A stretch of 64,000 nt of DNA from NCBI GenBank assembly GCA_963770895.1, contig CAVYRF010000002.1, forward strand, positions 832,001 through 896,000, written 5' to 3'. Numbering within the stretch: position 1 is the stretch's first letter; each line of letters begins with the position of its first letter. The DNA is from an uncultured Acidobacteriota bacterium. Lineage in GTDB: Bacteria; Acidobacteriota; Thermoanaerobaculia; Multivoradales; UBA5704. Made by a program: the position numbers and the translations under genes. The notes beneath the pieces are model-generated. The model was not told the origin of the DNA. It saw nothing but the letters and a program-made list of their open reading frames with translations, and ran no database searches. This document shows, one piece after another, positions 54,015 to 64,000 of the stretch.

Positions 54015-55064
54015 TCACGGCGGGGTGCCCGCCGCCTGGGTCGCGGCGCGTCCCGCCCCTGCCGCCGCCAGGCCGCGTGCCAGCTCCGCCACCAGCTTGG
54101 CGGTCCCCTGCCGCGTCGCCGAGCTGATCGCCAGGTGGGGCAGGCCGCGCGCCGCGGCGGCTGCCGGCAGCTCCGCCAGCCGCTCCGGCAGCGCCGCGTC
54201 GAGCTTGCTGCCGACGATCCAGCGCGGCCGCGCTAGCAGCTCGGGGTCGAACGCTCCCAGCTCGCGCTCGACCGTGGCCAGGTCGTTTTCGAGCGTCGAG
54301 CCGGGCTCTGCCGGCGACGAGAGATCGACCAGGTGCACCAGCAGGCGGCAGCGCTCGACGTGGCGCAGGAACTGGATGCCCAGGCCGGCCCCCTGCGCCG
54401 CGCCGGCGATCAGCCCCGGCAGATCGGCGATGACGAACGGAGTGTCCAGCGGCCCCTCGGCGACCACCCCCAGCTGCGGAATCAGGGTGGTGAACGGATA
54501 GTCGGCGATCTTGGGACGCGCCGCCGAGATGACGCTGATCAGGGTCGACTTGCCGGCGTTGGGCAGGCCGATCACGCCGACGTCGGCCAGCAGCTTGAGC
54601 TCCAGCTGCAGGCGCCGATCCTCGCCGTCTTCGCCGGGCTCGCAGTGGCGGGGCGCCTGGTGCGTCGGCGTGGCGAAGCGCGCGTTGCCGCGGCCGCCGC
54701 GGCCGCCCGCCGCGACGCGCAGTCTGGCGCCGTCGGTCAGGATCTCGCCGATCTGGACGCCGGTGTCGCGGTCGCGCACCTCGGTGCCCAGCGGCACCGG
54801 CACTTCCAGGTCGTCGCCGCTGCGGCCGGTGCGGTTGGACCCTTCCCCATGGCGCCCGCGCTCGGCCGGGTACAACGAGGCGAAGCGCAGGTGGTACAGC
54901 GTGTTGCGGCCGATCTCGCCGACCAGGTAGACGCTGCCGCCGTGGCCGCCGTCGCCGCCGGACGGGCCGCCGCGCGGCACGTACTTTTCGCGCCGGAAGG
55001 CCACGCACCCGTTGCCGCCACGGCCGCCGCGGACCTGGATGGCTGCTTCGTCGAGGAAGATCAA
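54015..55064 (-). CDS. obgE: GTPase Obg
   Basis: FRREKYVPRGGPSGGDGG, GLPNAGKST, YPFTT, DLPG. Confidence 0.96.
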   Translation of the reverse strand: MIFLDEAAIQVRGGRGGNGCVAFRREKYVPRGGPSGGDGGHGGSVYLVGEIGRNTLYHLRFASLYPAERGRHGEGSNRTGRSGDDLEVPVPLGTEVRDRDTGVQIGEILTDGARLRVAAGGRGGRGNARFATPTHQAPRHCEPGEDGEDRRLQLELKLLADVGVIGLPNAGKSTLISVISAARPKIADYPFTTLIPQLGVVAEGPLDTPFVIADLPGLIAGAAQGAGLGIQFLRHVERCRLLVHLVDLSSPAEPGSTLENDLATVERELGAFDPELLARPRWIVGSKLDAALPERLAELPAAAAARGLPHLAISSATRQGTAKLVAELARGLAAAGAGRAATQAAGTPP

Positions 55065-55149
55065 GGGTTGGCGACCGGCGGTTGGCCGCAGGAGCCCGCG
55101 TCACGCGAGCCCCTGCCAACCAGGAAAGTGCGGGTGAAGAGAGCGGCGA

Positions 55150-55455
55150 CTACGATGCCGGCGTCTCGGCCGGGGCCGGAGCAGGCTCGGCCGGGGCGGC
55201 CGCGGCGGTCAGGATGTGCACCACGGTGCCGTGGCGCCCGCGGTTCTGGAACTTGACCACCCCGCCCAGCTTGGCAAACAGCGTGTCGTCCTTGCCCTGG
55301 CCGACGTTGTCGCCCGGGAAGAAGCGGGTGCCGCGCTGGCGGACCAGGATCGTGCCGCCGTTGACCCGCTGGCCGCCGAAACGCTTGACGCCCAGGTGTT
55401 GCGGGTTGGAATCCCGGCCGTTACGGCTCGAGCCCTGCCCTTTCTTATGTGCCAT
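55150..55455 (-). CDS. rpmA: 50S ribosomal protein L27
   Basis: [16 protein letters not shown]. Confidence 0.97.
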   Translation of the reverse strand: MAHKKGQGSSRNGRDSNPQHLGVKRFGGQRVNGGTILVRQRGTRFFPGDNVGQGKDDTLFAKLGGVVKFQNRGRHGTVVHILTAAAAPAEPAPAPAETPAS

Positions 55456-55471
55456 GAGACGGCTCCTTCCC

Positions 55472-55804
55472 TTACGGCAGCTGAATCTCGTCGATGCGCA
55501 CCCGGTGCATGTGCTGGCGATGCCCGCGCGTGCGCCGCTGCGTATTGCGATGCTTATGCTTGAACACCCGGATCTTGGGGCCGGCCGAAACGCCCACCAG
55601 CGACGCCGTGACCAGCGCGCCGCTCACCACCGGGTTGCCGAAGCTGATGTCGTCGCCCGCGCCCCCCACCACCAGCACCCGCTCGAACCGCACCGCCGAT
55701 CCCTTGGCCGCGTCGGGCGCCACCGTATCGAGCAGCTCGACGTCGACCAGGTCCCCCGCTTCGACCCGGTACTGCTTCCCACCGCTTTCGATGACTGCGA
55801 ACAT
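55472..55804 (-). CDS. rplU: 50S ribosomal protein L21
   Basis: [14 protein letters not shown]...GHRQ. Confidence 0.96.
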   Translation of the reverse strand: MFAVIESGGKQYRVEAGDLVDVELLDTVAPDAAKGSAVRFERVLVVGGAGDDISFGNPVVSGALVTASLVGVSAGPKIRVFKHKHRNTQRRTRGHRQHMHRVRIDEIQLP

Positions 55805-55986
55805 AGACGCACTCTCCCAACAAACCCCCAACCGCCCTTAAGGCGTGGGACGCGAAACCCTACCACGCCCCCCGCCCCTCGTCAATCCAGCGAAGAGGGG
55901 TCGCTGCCCAGCCAGGAGGCGGGCAGCGCCCTTGTGGGGGGCTACCCGCACGCCACCTTCCGAGATCGATCCGCCGGTCGCTCTCC

Positions 55987-56433
55987 TCAGCAGATGTCGG
56001 CGAAGGTTGGAGCTGGGCAGTTGCTGTTACAGGTGAAGTACTCGCCGGCGCAGGTGCTATTGGGCTGGCAGGCAGGATGGTTCGTGTAGTAGCAGTTGTA
56101 GCCCGACACCAGCTCGTCGCACACGGCGCAACCGTTGCCACGACAGCCGGACCACTGGCCGGTAGTGCCGTTGCATTGCAGGTCGCTCGAGGACGGGGTA
56201 GGGCAGTTGGCATTGCATTCGAAGTAGAGGCCGTCGCAGGTGGTGTTGGGAGTGCAGGCCGCATGGTTGATGAAGTAGTACGGATAGGATTCGACAAGCT
56301 CCCAGCACACGGCACAACCGTTGCCGCGGCACCCGGCCCACTGCCCGGACGTGCCGTTGCAGGTCTGCGCGTGGGCTAGGACGGAAAAGAACGTTCCGAC
56401 GCAGAACAAGGTCGCGATGCAAAGCTTGCTCAT
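55987..56433 (-). CDS. Secreted Cys-rich protein with two tandem ~60-aa modules
   Basis: GGAGG RBS; signal peptide ending AHA; CNGT(S/T)GQW(A/S)GCRGNGCAVC...NH..C.PN.TC...F.CN.NCP.P occurs twice. Confidence 0.8.
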   Translation of the reverse strand: MSKLCIATLFCVGTFFSVLAHAQTCNGTSGQWAGCRGNGCAVCWELVESYPYYFINHAACTPNTTCDGLYFECNANCPTPSSSDLQCNGTTGQWSGCRGNGCAVCDELVSGYNCYYTNHPACQPNSTCAGEYFTCNSNCPAPTFADIC

Positions 56434-56940
56434 GGAACCCTCCTGTTGTGAAATTGCGCCATGGCGTCCTTCCGTTTCACCCTGAACGGGCAAGCGCCCA
56501 TGGCCGCAACAGCCACGGTACATTATTTTTATCATGGAAGCAATAAATGAATATAACGATCTCGCAGGACTGTACCCGCCGCAACCCCGCAGGCGCCCCG
56601 CGCTGGTTGGACCAACGGCGCGGCAGCCGATGCGGGGAACGGTGTTCGGGGATCGGCCTAGCCGCGCTTGAGGGGCAGTTCGCCGTCACAGCCGACCGTC
56701 TCACCCGCACAACTCCACCCGCCGGCGAGTAGTACCCCCCACCACCAACACATTGTTGGGACACCACCTCGGGTGACCCGGCGCAGGAGCGGAGCAGCCG
56801 GGGCGCGCGGGGCTGGATCACCAGCCAGCGAGGCGCGGCCGACCCATTGCGCCGCACACATACCTGTTTGAGGGTGATCGGGCACCGGCCTGGACCATCC
56901 CGCCAACGCCAGCTCTAACCGCAACGTTGAGGAGAACGAG

Positions 56941-57102
56941 ATGAAGAAGAGGACGATGTCCAAGCTCGAGCTGCACAAAGAATCGCTTCGCCAGCTCGAC
57001 CATGGATTGCCCAAGATCGTCGCTGGATTACCGACAACCCCGCATGCGCAGAGCTGCCCCTGCAATACCAACAGCGCCTGCTACCCGGAGCACTGTGACT
57101 AA
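56941..57102 (+). CDS. Putative RiPP (lanthipeptide-like) precursor peptide
   Basis: GAGGAG RBS; MKKRTMSKLELHKESLRQLDHGLPKIVAG-LPTTPHAQSCPCNTNSACYPEHCD; followed by a GC hairpin at ~57117-57139. Confidence 0.65.
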   Translation: MKKRTMSKLELHKESLRQLDHGLPKIVAGLPTTPHAQSCPCNTNSACYPEHCD

Positions 57103-57230
57103 CCAGGCATGAGAACGTCCCCCGGCTCCGCTGGGGGACACTCGATGTGCGACGGGCCGCCACCAGCGGCAAAAACAGGTCCGGTGCCGTCCAGGCGGGC
57201 GGCGATCAGCTGGGCCGCCGGCTGGGCGCC

Positions 57231-59246
57231 TTACGGGTCATAGCGGTACAGGACCAGGTTGAGCGCGGCGTAGAGCGTGCCGGTCGGACCGACGTACAGC
57301 TGGGACACCTCATGGCCGGCGGGCAGGCCTTGCAGGGGCACGCCCCAGGTCTGGCCGCCGTCGCGGCTGGTCAGCACTTCGCCAACGCTGCCGGCGTAGA
57401 CCAGCGCCGGGTTGGCCGGGTCGATCGCCACCGACGCCACCGGGGTGAAGACGCCGTCGCCATTGCCGCCCGCGGTCGGTTGCAGCGGCATCAGGGTGCG
57501 CCCGCCGTCGACGCTCTTGTAAAGGCCGGCCTTCCCCGGTCCACAGTACATCGTGGCAGGGGCCACCGGGTCGGCGGCGACGAACTGGATGAACCCAGGG
57601 GTCGCCAGCTGCTCGAAGTTGGTGCCGTCGTGGCTGACGAAGAGCGCCGTGGAGGAAGCAGGCCTGACCACGTTCGTCACCACGTAGACCGTCTGCGGCG
57701 CCGGCGGCGAGATGGACGCCGCCAGGGAGGCCTCGGAAAGGGCAGTGCCGGCGTTGACCACCGCGCGCCAGGTGGCGCCGCTGTCTTGGCTGGCATACAG
57801 GCCGTAGGCCTGCGCGGTCCCCTCCCCCACGAAACCGGCGGCGTAGACGGTCGCCGCATCGCCGGGATCGGCCAGCAGCAGCGAGCCGGGGTGAAACGGG
57901 GTCGGGCGCAGCGACCAATGCGCCGCTCCGTCGTCGGACACCGCCACGCCGGCCGAGGTGGCGGCATAGAGCGTGGCGGGCGCCGCCGGGCTGATGGCCA
58001 GACCGAACAGATTGCGCAGCATCGTGTGGCTGGCCGCTTGCCAGCTGGCGCCGTCGTCGGCACTCTTGATCAGGGGGCCGCCGAAGAACGCCGTGGCATA
58101 CAGGACGCCAGGTTGCGACGGATCGACCGCCACGTTGGAGATCGGCGTCGCGTACAGCCCGCCGCCGGCCGGCTGCCAGCTGTCGCCTGCCGTGGAGCTG
58201 CGCAAGACCGCCGCCTCGCTCGCCCCGACCGCCTGGCTGCTCCCGGCGTACAGCCGGCTGGGCAGCGATGGCGCGATACTCAGGGAAATGAACGTCTGGT
58301 CGGAAAGCCCGCCGACGGCCTGCCAGTGGAATCCGCCGTCCTGGGAGCGGTAGATCCCTTGTCTGCCGCACCCGTACACCGTGCCGCGGGCGCTCGGCGG
58401 CACGGCGAGGCAAAGCGCCTCCGGCGAGCTGGCGGACAAACGCCGCTGGAACCAGCTGGCGCCGCCGTCGGTGCTGATCAGCACCCCAACCCTTGGCGCT
58501 CTCCCCCGCAATGCCTGCTCCTGGGGCAGGGCATAGACCCTGCCGGGCAGCGAAGGATCGACGGCCACCGCCATGATCGCGGCGCCGCCCGCCCCGGTAT
58601 TGGCCGCCTGCCAGGAGGCTCCGCCGTCGGCGCTCCGGTACATCCCGGAATAGGTGCCGGCATACACCGTCGAAGCCGCCGCTCCCGCGGCGATGGCCAG
58701 GGACGTCACCCTGGCGTCCGGCAAACCCGCGCCGGTCGCCACCCAATGATCGCCGTCGTCGACCGACTTGAGCACTTGGCTGCCGACGGCGGCGTAGAGG
58801 GTCCCGGCCGTGCGCGGATCGAATGCCACGTCGGAGACGATCTGCGCGACGCCGCCGGAGGCGCCGGACGGCGTCAGCAGCTGCTGCCAGCTGGCGCCGC
58901 CGTCGGTGCTGCGATCGAGGTCGCCGGTGACGGCGAAGACCGTGTTGGCCGCCGCCGGATCGAACGCCACCTTGGAGACCTGGCCCAGCAAGGTGCCGCT
59001 GGGCAGCCACTGACTGCCGGCGTCGACCGTCTTCCAGACACCGGTTTGAGTGGCCGCATAGACCGTCGCCGGCGCGGCCGGATCCACCGCCAGGCTGAAC
59101 ACCGTGCCGCCCAGCGGCCCGATGTTCTGCCAGCCCGCCGCCGCCGCGGGCATCGCCGCCAGCGCTCCAACCGCGGCAATCACGCCCGCCGACGTCGCCC
59201 GCAGGATCCACCGCGCCGCCGGGACTCGCGCCAGGACTTTCTCCAT
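57231..59246 (-). CDS. Secreted Asp-box/BNR repeat beta-propeller protein
   Basis: Signal peptide; many (S/T)xDxGxxW repeats. Confidence 0.85.
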   Translation of the reverse strand: MEKVLARVPAARWILRATSAGVIAAVGALAAMPAAAAGWQNIGPLGGTVFSLAVDPAAPATVYAATQTGVWKTVDAGSQWLPSGTLLGQVSKVAFDPAAANTVFAVTGDLDRSTDGGASWQQLLTPSGASGGVAQIVSDVAFDPRTAGTLYAAVGSQVLKSVDDGDHWVATGAGLPDARVTSLAIAAGAAASTVYAGTYSGMYRSADGGASWQAANTGAGGAAIMAVAVDPSLPGRVYALPQEQALRGRAPRVGVLISTDGGASWFQRRLSASSPEALCLAVPPSARGTVYGCGRQGIYRSQDGGFHWQAVGGLSDQTFISLSIAPSLPSRLYAGSSQAVGASEAAVLRSSTAGDSWQPAGGGLYATPISNVAVDPSQPGVLYATAFFGGPLIKSADDGASWQAASHTMLRNLFGLAISPAAPATLYAATSAGVAVSDDGAAHWSLRPTPFHPGSLLLADPGDAATVYAAGFVGEGTAQAYGLYASQDSGATWRAVVNAGTALSEASLAASISPPAPQTVYVVTNVVRPASSTALFVSHDGTNFEQLATPGFIQFVAADPVAPATMYCGPGKAGLYKSVDGGRTLMPLQPTAGGNGDGVFTPVASVAIDPANPALVYAGSVGEVLTSRDGGQTWGVPLQGLPAGHEVSQLYVGPTGTLYAALNLVLYRYDP

Positions 59247-59370
59247 GGGATCGCCCTTCCTTTCGTTTACTTCGTTTCTCGATTCATTATATCGAGCGCC
59301 GCCAGGGCGGTCTTCGGCGGCCAGCGGGCGGCCGGCAGGCCACCCGGGCCCGGCCGGGGCCGGCCTGCCG

Positions 59371-62300
59371 CTAGTGCGAGGCGACGGGAGCGCCGATCGT
59401 GGCGTGCAGGGCCTGCAGCGAGATGACCGACAGGCCGTCGCGGCGCAGGGCGGCGATGCCTTCGGCGGCGGCCATGGCGCCGGACAGCGTGGTGATGCAG
59501 GGGATGTCGTATTTGAGGGCGGTGCGCCGGATCACCGCGTCGTCTTCGTGCGACGCACGGCCCAGGGGCGTGTTGACCACCAGGGCGATGTCGCCGTTGA
59601 TCAGCTGGTCGACGATGTGCGGGCGCGCTTCGTGGACCTTCAGGGTCTGGCGCACGGTGAGACCGTGGGCGCGCAGAAAGGCGGCGGTGCCCGCCGTCGC
59701 GAGCAGCTCGAAGCCCAGGTCGGCCAGGCGCCGGGCGACCGGCAGCAGCGCCGGCTTGTCCTGGTCGTGCACCGACAGGAAGGCGCCGCCGCTCTGCGGC
59801 AGGCGATGGCCGGCACCCAGCCAGGCCTTGGCGAAGGCGTTGCCGAAGGAGGTGCTGACCCCCATCACCTCGCCGGTCGATTTCATCTCGGGACCGAGGA
59901 TCGGATCGACGCCGGGGAAGCGGCGGAACGGAAAGACCGGCGCCTTGACGAAGACGCCCGGCACCGGCGGCTCGGCGGTGAACCCCACCTCGGCCAGGCT
60001 TTCGCCGGCCATGACGCGCGCCGCCAGCGCCACCAGCGGCACGCCCACCGCCTTGGCGATGAACGGCACGGTGCGCGACGCCCGCGGGTTGACCTCCAGC
60101 ACGTAGATGCGCCCTTCCTTGAGCGCGAACTGCACGTTCATCAGGCCGACCACCCCCAGGCGCAGGGCCAGGCGCCGCGCGATGTCGCGCATCGCGTCCT
60201 GGTCGGCGATGGAGATGCGATACGGCGGCAGCACAGCCGCCGAGTCGCCGGAATGGATGCCGGCCTCTTCGATGTGCTGCAGGATGCCGGCGACCACCGC
60301 CTGGTGGCCGTCGGCGATCATGTCCAGATCGACTTCGAAGGCGTCTTCCAGGAAGCGGTCGAGCAGCACCGGGTGCCCCGGCGACACCTCCGCCGCCTCG
60401 CCCATGTAACGTTCCAGCGTGGCTTCGTCGTAACAGATCGCCATCGCCCGGCCGCCCAGCACGTAGCTCGGCCGCACCAGCACCGGGAAGCCGATGCGCG
60501 CCGCCACCGCGATCGCCTCGGGCAGCGACTGCGCGGTGCCGTTTTCGGGCTGCAGGATGGATTCGCTGGCCAGCAGGTCGCCGAAGCGGCGGCGGTCCTC
60601 GGCCAGGTCGATCGCATCCGGCGGCGTGCCCCACAACGGCACGCCGGCGGCGGCCAGGCCGCGCGCCAGCTTGAGCGGCGTCTGGCCACCCAGCTGCACC
60701 AGGACGCCGCTCGGACGCTCGCGCTCGACGACCGCCAGGACGTGCTCGAGCGTCAGCGGCTCGAAGTACAGCCGATCGGAGGTGTCGTAGTCGGTCGAGA
60801 CGGTTTCGGGATTGCAGTTGACCATCACCGTCTCGTACCCCGCCTGGCGCAGCGCCAGGGCGGCGTGGACGCAGCAGTAGTCGAATTCGATCCCCTGGCC
60901 GATGCGGTTGGGGCCGGACCCCAGGATCACCACCTTGCGGCGGTCGGTCGGCTCGCTCTCGTCGTCGGCGAGATTGCCGAACGTCGAATACAGGTAGGGC
61001 GTGGTCGCCTCGAACTCCGCCGCGCAGGTGTCGACGCGCCGATAGATGCGGGTGATGCCGCGCGCCGCCCGCGCCCGCGCCACCGCCGCTTCGTCGGCGT
61101 CGACCAGGCCGGCCAGGCGGGCGTCGGTCAGCCCCGACACCTTGGCTCGCGCCAAAAGCGGCGTCGGGATCGAGGCGAGGTCCCAGCACGCCACCTCGGC
61201 CTCCAGGTCGACGATCGCCGCCAGCTCGCGCAGGAACCAGGGGTCGATGTGCGTCACCTGCGCCACCTCTTCCGGGCTCCAGCCCTGGCGCAGGGCCGCG
61301 AAGACCGCGAACAGCCGTTCCCAGTTGGGCACCGCCAGGCGCTGCCGCAGCCGCACCGGATCGCTCATGCGCCGCTCGCGCGCCGCCAGGCTGCCGTCCA
61401 GCTCGAGCGCCGACAGCCCCTTCATCAGCGCTTCGGCGAAAGTGGCGCCGATGGCCATCACCTCCCCCACCGACTTCATCGCCGTGCCCAGCGTCGTCGA
61501 GCTGGCGGGAAACTTTTCGAACGCCCAGCGCGGGATCTTGACCACGGTGTAGTCGAGCGTCGGCTCGAAGGCGGCGAAGGTCTTGCCGGTGATGTCGTTG
61601 GGGATCTCGTCGAGGGTGTAGCCGACCGCCAGCAGGGCGGCGATCTTGGCGATCGGGAAGCCGGTCGCCTTGGACGCCAGCGCCGAGCTGCGCGACACGC
61701 GCGGGTTCATCTCGATGACGACCCGTTCGCCGGTCGCGGGATCGACGCCGAACTGGATGTTGGAGCCGCCGGTCGCCACTCCCACCCGCCGGATCACCTT
61801 GAAGGCGTCGTCGCGCATCTCCTGGTATTCGCGGTCGGAGAGGGTCTGCTGCGGCGCCACGGTGATCGAATCGCCCGTGTGCACGCCCATGGCGTCGACG
61901 TTTTCCACCGAGCAGACGACGATGGCGTTGTCGGCGGTGTCGCGCATCACCTCCAGCTCGAACTCCTTCCAACCGATCACCGACTGCTCGATCAGCACGC
62001 GGCCGGCGGGGCTGGCCTGCAGCGCCCCCTCCACCACGTCCTCCAGCTCGTCGCGGTTGAAGGCGGTGCCGCCGCCCTCGCCGCCCAGGGTGAAGCTGGG
62101 CCGCACGATCAGCGGGTAGCCGATGCCGGCGGCGATCTGGCGCGCTTCCTCCAGGCTGCCGGCGTAGCCGCTGTGCGGCACCTTGAGACCCACCTCCTGC
62201 ATCGCCTGCTTGAACAGCTGACGGTCTTCGCCCAGGCGCAGGGCGTCGATCGACGCGCCCAGCACTTCGACGCCCAGGCGCTCCAGGGTGCCGCGCTCGG

Positions 62301-62607
62301 ACAGCGCGATCGCCAGGTTGATGCCGGTCTGGCCGCCGACCGTGGGCAGCAGCGCATCGGGGCGCTCGCGTTCGAGGATCTTTTCGACCACCTCGGGCAG
62401 CAGCGGCTCGACGTAGGTGGCGTCGGCCATGTCGGGGTCGGTCATGATCGTCGCCGGGTTGGAGTTGACCAGCACGACGCGGTACCCCTCGCGCCGCAGC
62501 GCGCGGCAGGCCTGGGTGCCCGAATAGTCGAATTCGCAGGCCTGGCCGATGACGATCGGGCCGGAGCCGAGGATCAGGATGGAGTGGATGTCTTGGCGTT
62601 TAGGCAT
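59371..62607 (-). CDS. carB: Carbamoyl-phosphate synthase large subunit
   Basis: MPKRQDI...[10 protein letters not shown], duplicated ATP-grasp domains, MGS domain. Confidence 0.97.
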   Translation of the reverse strand: MPKRQDIHSILILGSGPIVIGQACEFDYSGTQACRALRREGYRVVLVNSNPATIMTDPDMADATYVEPLLPEVVEKILERERPDALLPTVGGQTGINLAIALSERGTLERLGVEVLGASIDALRLGEDRQLFKQAMQEVGLKVPHSGYAGSLEEARQIAAGIGYPLIVRPSFTLGGEGGGTAFNRDELEDVVEGALQASPAGRVLIEQSVIGWKEFELEVMRDTADNAIVVCSVENVDAMGVHTGDSITVAPQQTLSDREYQEMRDDAFKVIRRVGVATGGSNIQFGVDPATGERVVIEMNPRVSRSSALASKATGFPIAKIAALLAVGYTLDEIPNDITGKTFAAFEPTLDYTVVKIPRWAFEKFPASSTTLGTAMKSVGEVMAIGATFAEALMKGLSALELDGSLAARERRMSDPVRLRQRLAVPNWERLFAVFAALRQGWSPEEVAQVTHIDPWFLRELAAIVDLEAEVACWDLASIPTPLLARAKVSGLTDARLAGLVDADEAAVARARAARGITRIYRRVDTCAAEFEATTPYLYSTFGNLADDESEPTDRRKVVILGSGPNRIGQGIEFDYCCVHAALALRQAGYETVMVNCNPETVSTDYDTSDRLYFEPLTLEHVLAVVERERPSGVLVQLGGQTPLKLARGLAAAGVPLWGTPPDAIDLAEDRRRFGDLLASESILQPENGTAQSLPEAIAVAARIGFPVLVRPSYVLGGRAMAICYDEATLERYMGEAAEVSPGHPVLLDRFLEDAFEVDLDMIADGHQAVVAGILQHIEEAGIHSGDSAAVLPPYRISIADQDAMRDIARRLALRLGVVGLMNVQFALKEGRIYVLEVNPRASRTVPFIAKAVGVPLVALAARVMAGESLAEVGFTAEPPVPGVFVKAPVFPFRRFPGVDPILGPEMKSTGEVMGVSTSFGNAFAKAWLGAGHRLPQSGGAFLSVHDQDKPALLPVARRLADLGFELLATAGTAAFLRAHGLTVRQTLKVHEARPHIVDQLINGDIALVVNTPLGRASHEDDAVIRRTALKYDIPCITTLSGAMAAAEGIAALRRDGLSVISLQALHATIGAPVASH

Positions 62608-62617
62608 GGTTCGGGTA

Positions 62618-63604
62618 TCAGGTGCGCGCGGCGCGGGCGGCAGGCAGCAGTGACAGGTCTGCGGCGGTGGCCGGCGCGCCGGCAAACGTTTCCACCGCCA
62701 GCAGGACCAGGGAGATCCATACGAGATCGGCGACCAGCAGGTGCAGCAGCTGCAGCGGCAGCGGCGCCAGCAGGCCGAGGTTGACGACCCCCAGCCCCCA
62801 CTGCGCAAACACCAGCAAGCGCAGGCGGTTGGCGTGCCGCCGCGCCACCGGGCCGGCAGCGGCGGCCAGCTGGCAGAGGTAGAGCAGGAACGCCCCCAGG
62901 GTGACTGCCAGCAGCGGATGCAGGCCGCGCAGGCGCAGCAGGAAGTGCGAGGCGGGCGACAGGTCGCGCGCCAGCCCTTCGCGCAGCGACGCCGTGGGGA
63001 ACAGGGTGTCGCCCAGGGCGGCGACGGCGCCGGTGGCGGCGATCGCCATGGTGGCGGCCATGCCCAGGGCAAAGGCCCAGCCCAGCCAGCCTTGCGGCGC
63101 CCGCGCGGCGGCGAGAGGCGCCGGCTGGGCCGCCCCGGCCGGTGACGGCGAAAACGCGCCGGCCGCATGCGCCGCCAGCGTCACGGCGGCAAGCAGCAGC
63201 AGGGTGTTGAGCAGGTGGGCGCTGATCGCCAGGGCGCGCGCGATCGATTCGTCCCGCGCCACCAGCTTGAACAGCACCAGCCCCGCGCCAACCGCCGCCT
63301 CGGACAGGGTCAGGGCCAGCGCGGCCACCGCCCAGCGTCGCAGCGGATGACCCCGCGGCACGGCGCGAAAGACCCACACCACCAGCGCCACGACCAGCGC
63401 CAGGACCAGGCCGCTGCTCAGACGATGCGAGTACTCGATCCAGGTCGCCGCCGGCCGGCCCGCCGGCACCACCTCGCCATTGCACAGCGGCCAGTGGCTG
63501 CCGCAGCCGGCCCCCGAACCGGTCGCCCGCACGTAGGCACCCCAGACGATGACCGCCAGGTTGTAGGCGAGCAGGAAGCGGCAATAGGCGCGGAGCGCGG
63601 ACAC
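62618..63604 (-). CDS. ctaA: Heme A synthase (COX15/CtaA family)
   Basis: [22 protein letters not shown], further conserved His residues. Confidence 0.85.
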   Translation of the reverse strand: MSALRAYCRFLLAYNLAVIVWGAYVRATGSGAGCGSHWPLCNGEVVPAGRPAATWIEYSHRLSSGLVLALVVALVVWVFRAVPRGHPLRRWAVAALALTLSEAAVGAGLVLFKLVARDESIARALAISAHLLNTLLLLAAVTLAAHAAGAFSPSPAGAAQPAPLAAARAPQGWLGWAFALGMAATMAIAATGAVAALGDTLFPTASLREGLARDLSPASHFLLRLRGLHPLLAVTLGAFLLYLCQLAAAAGPVARRHANRLRLLVFAQWGLGVVNLGLLAPLPLQLLHLLVADLVWISLVLLAVETFAGAPATAADLSLLPAARAART

Positions 63605-63611
63605 AGGCAGA

Positions 63612-63845
63612 TTATAGCGGCCGGTATCCGGCGCAGCGCACCACCGGCAGCGGCGGATAGCGGGGAAAGGCGGGATCGGTCGCGGCCAGGCCGCAGCGGA
63701 CAAAGACGCTGCGCGCCGACGCCAGCAGCTTGAGATGCACGCAGCCGGCGCACAGCCCAGGGTAGAGAGGCAGGCGGGCCAGCAGCCGCCGGCGCTGATC
63801 GCCTTCTGTCGTGTCCGCGTCGTCGGCGCTCATCAAGGCGCTCAT
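63612..63845 (-). CDS. Small Cys-motif hypothetical protein
   Basis: CAGC...RC...YPPLPVVRC; start overlaps the upstream stop (TGATG). Confidence 0.65.
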   Translation of the reverse strand: MSALMSADDADTTEGDQRRRLLARLPLYPGLCAGCVHLKLLASARSVFVRCGLAATDPAFPRYPPLPVVRCAGYRPL

Positions 63846-64000
63846 CAATTCATCGGGTGGTGCGCCTGGGCCTCGTCGTCGGCCGGGACCTGTCCGGTCG
63901 CCAGGCTCTCGATCTTGGCGGTCGGTCCGATCAACACCAGCAGGTCGCCGGCGGCGAGCACGGTGTCGGCGCTGGCGATGACCTGCTCTTCGCCCTGCCG
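63845..64000 (-). CDS. C-terminus of a TrkA-C/RCK_C-domain protein (partial)
   Basis: ...EEQVIASADTVLAAGDLLVLIGP...HPMN*. Confidence 0.6.
   Translation of the reverse strand, partial: RQGEEQVIASADTVLAAGDLLVLIGPTAKIESLATGQVPADDEAQAHHPMN

Noticed and set aside
59371-63168. N-terminally extended CarB
   Set aside because: The extension overlaps ctaA in another frame; the canonical MPKR start is at 62607.

Overview
High-GC bacterial chromosomal window. Gene content and style suggest Acidobacteriota, possibly Thermoanaerobaculia-like (inference only). Most of it is housekeeping: a Fur-controlled iron uptake operon, gltA, queD, mqnC/mqnA, tRNA-Lys/tRNA-Leu-tig-clpP-clpX-lon-engB-rho, thiS, moaA with a Moco-riboswitch-like leader, an acyl-CoA/kynureninase catabolic cluster, rplU-rpmA-obgE-nadD-rsfS, carB and ctaA. 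The best candidate for an undescribed system is a three-gene minus-strand operon (9.8-14.2 kb): a PilZ-linker-TM-AMIN-like protein, a membrane-anchored amidase that lacks its own AMIN domain, and a MamK-like actin, with no other magnetosome genes in the window. Other notable items: a ~7 kb island splitting mqnA from mqnC (PIN toxin-antitoxin pair with a nonsense codon in the toxin, nitrilase-fold protein, wHTH protein, GAF/PAS kinase, receiver); CTAG-flanked MITE-like elements; a DnaA-box/IHF cluster between convergent genes; a candidate anti-Shine-Dalgarno sRNA; an orphan lanthipeptide-like precursor missing from the ORF track; and two secreted Cys-rich miniproteins. All calls come from reading motifs by eye; no database searches were run.
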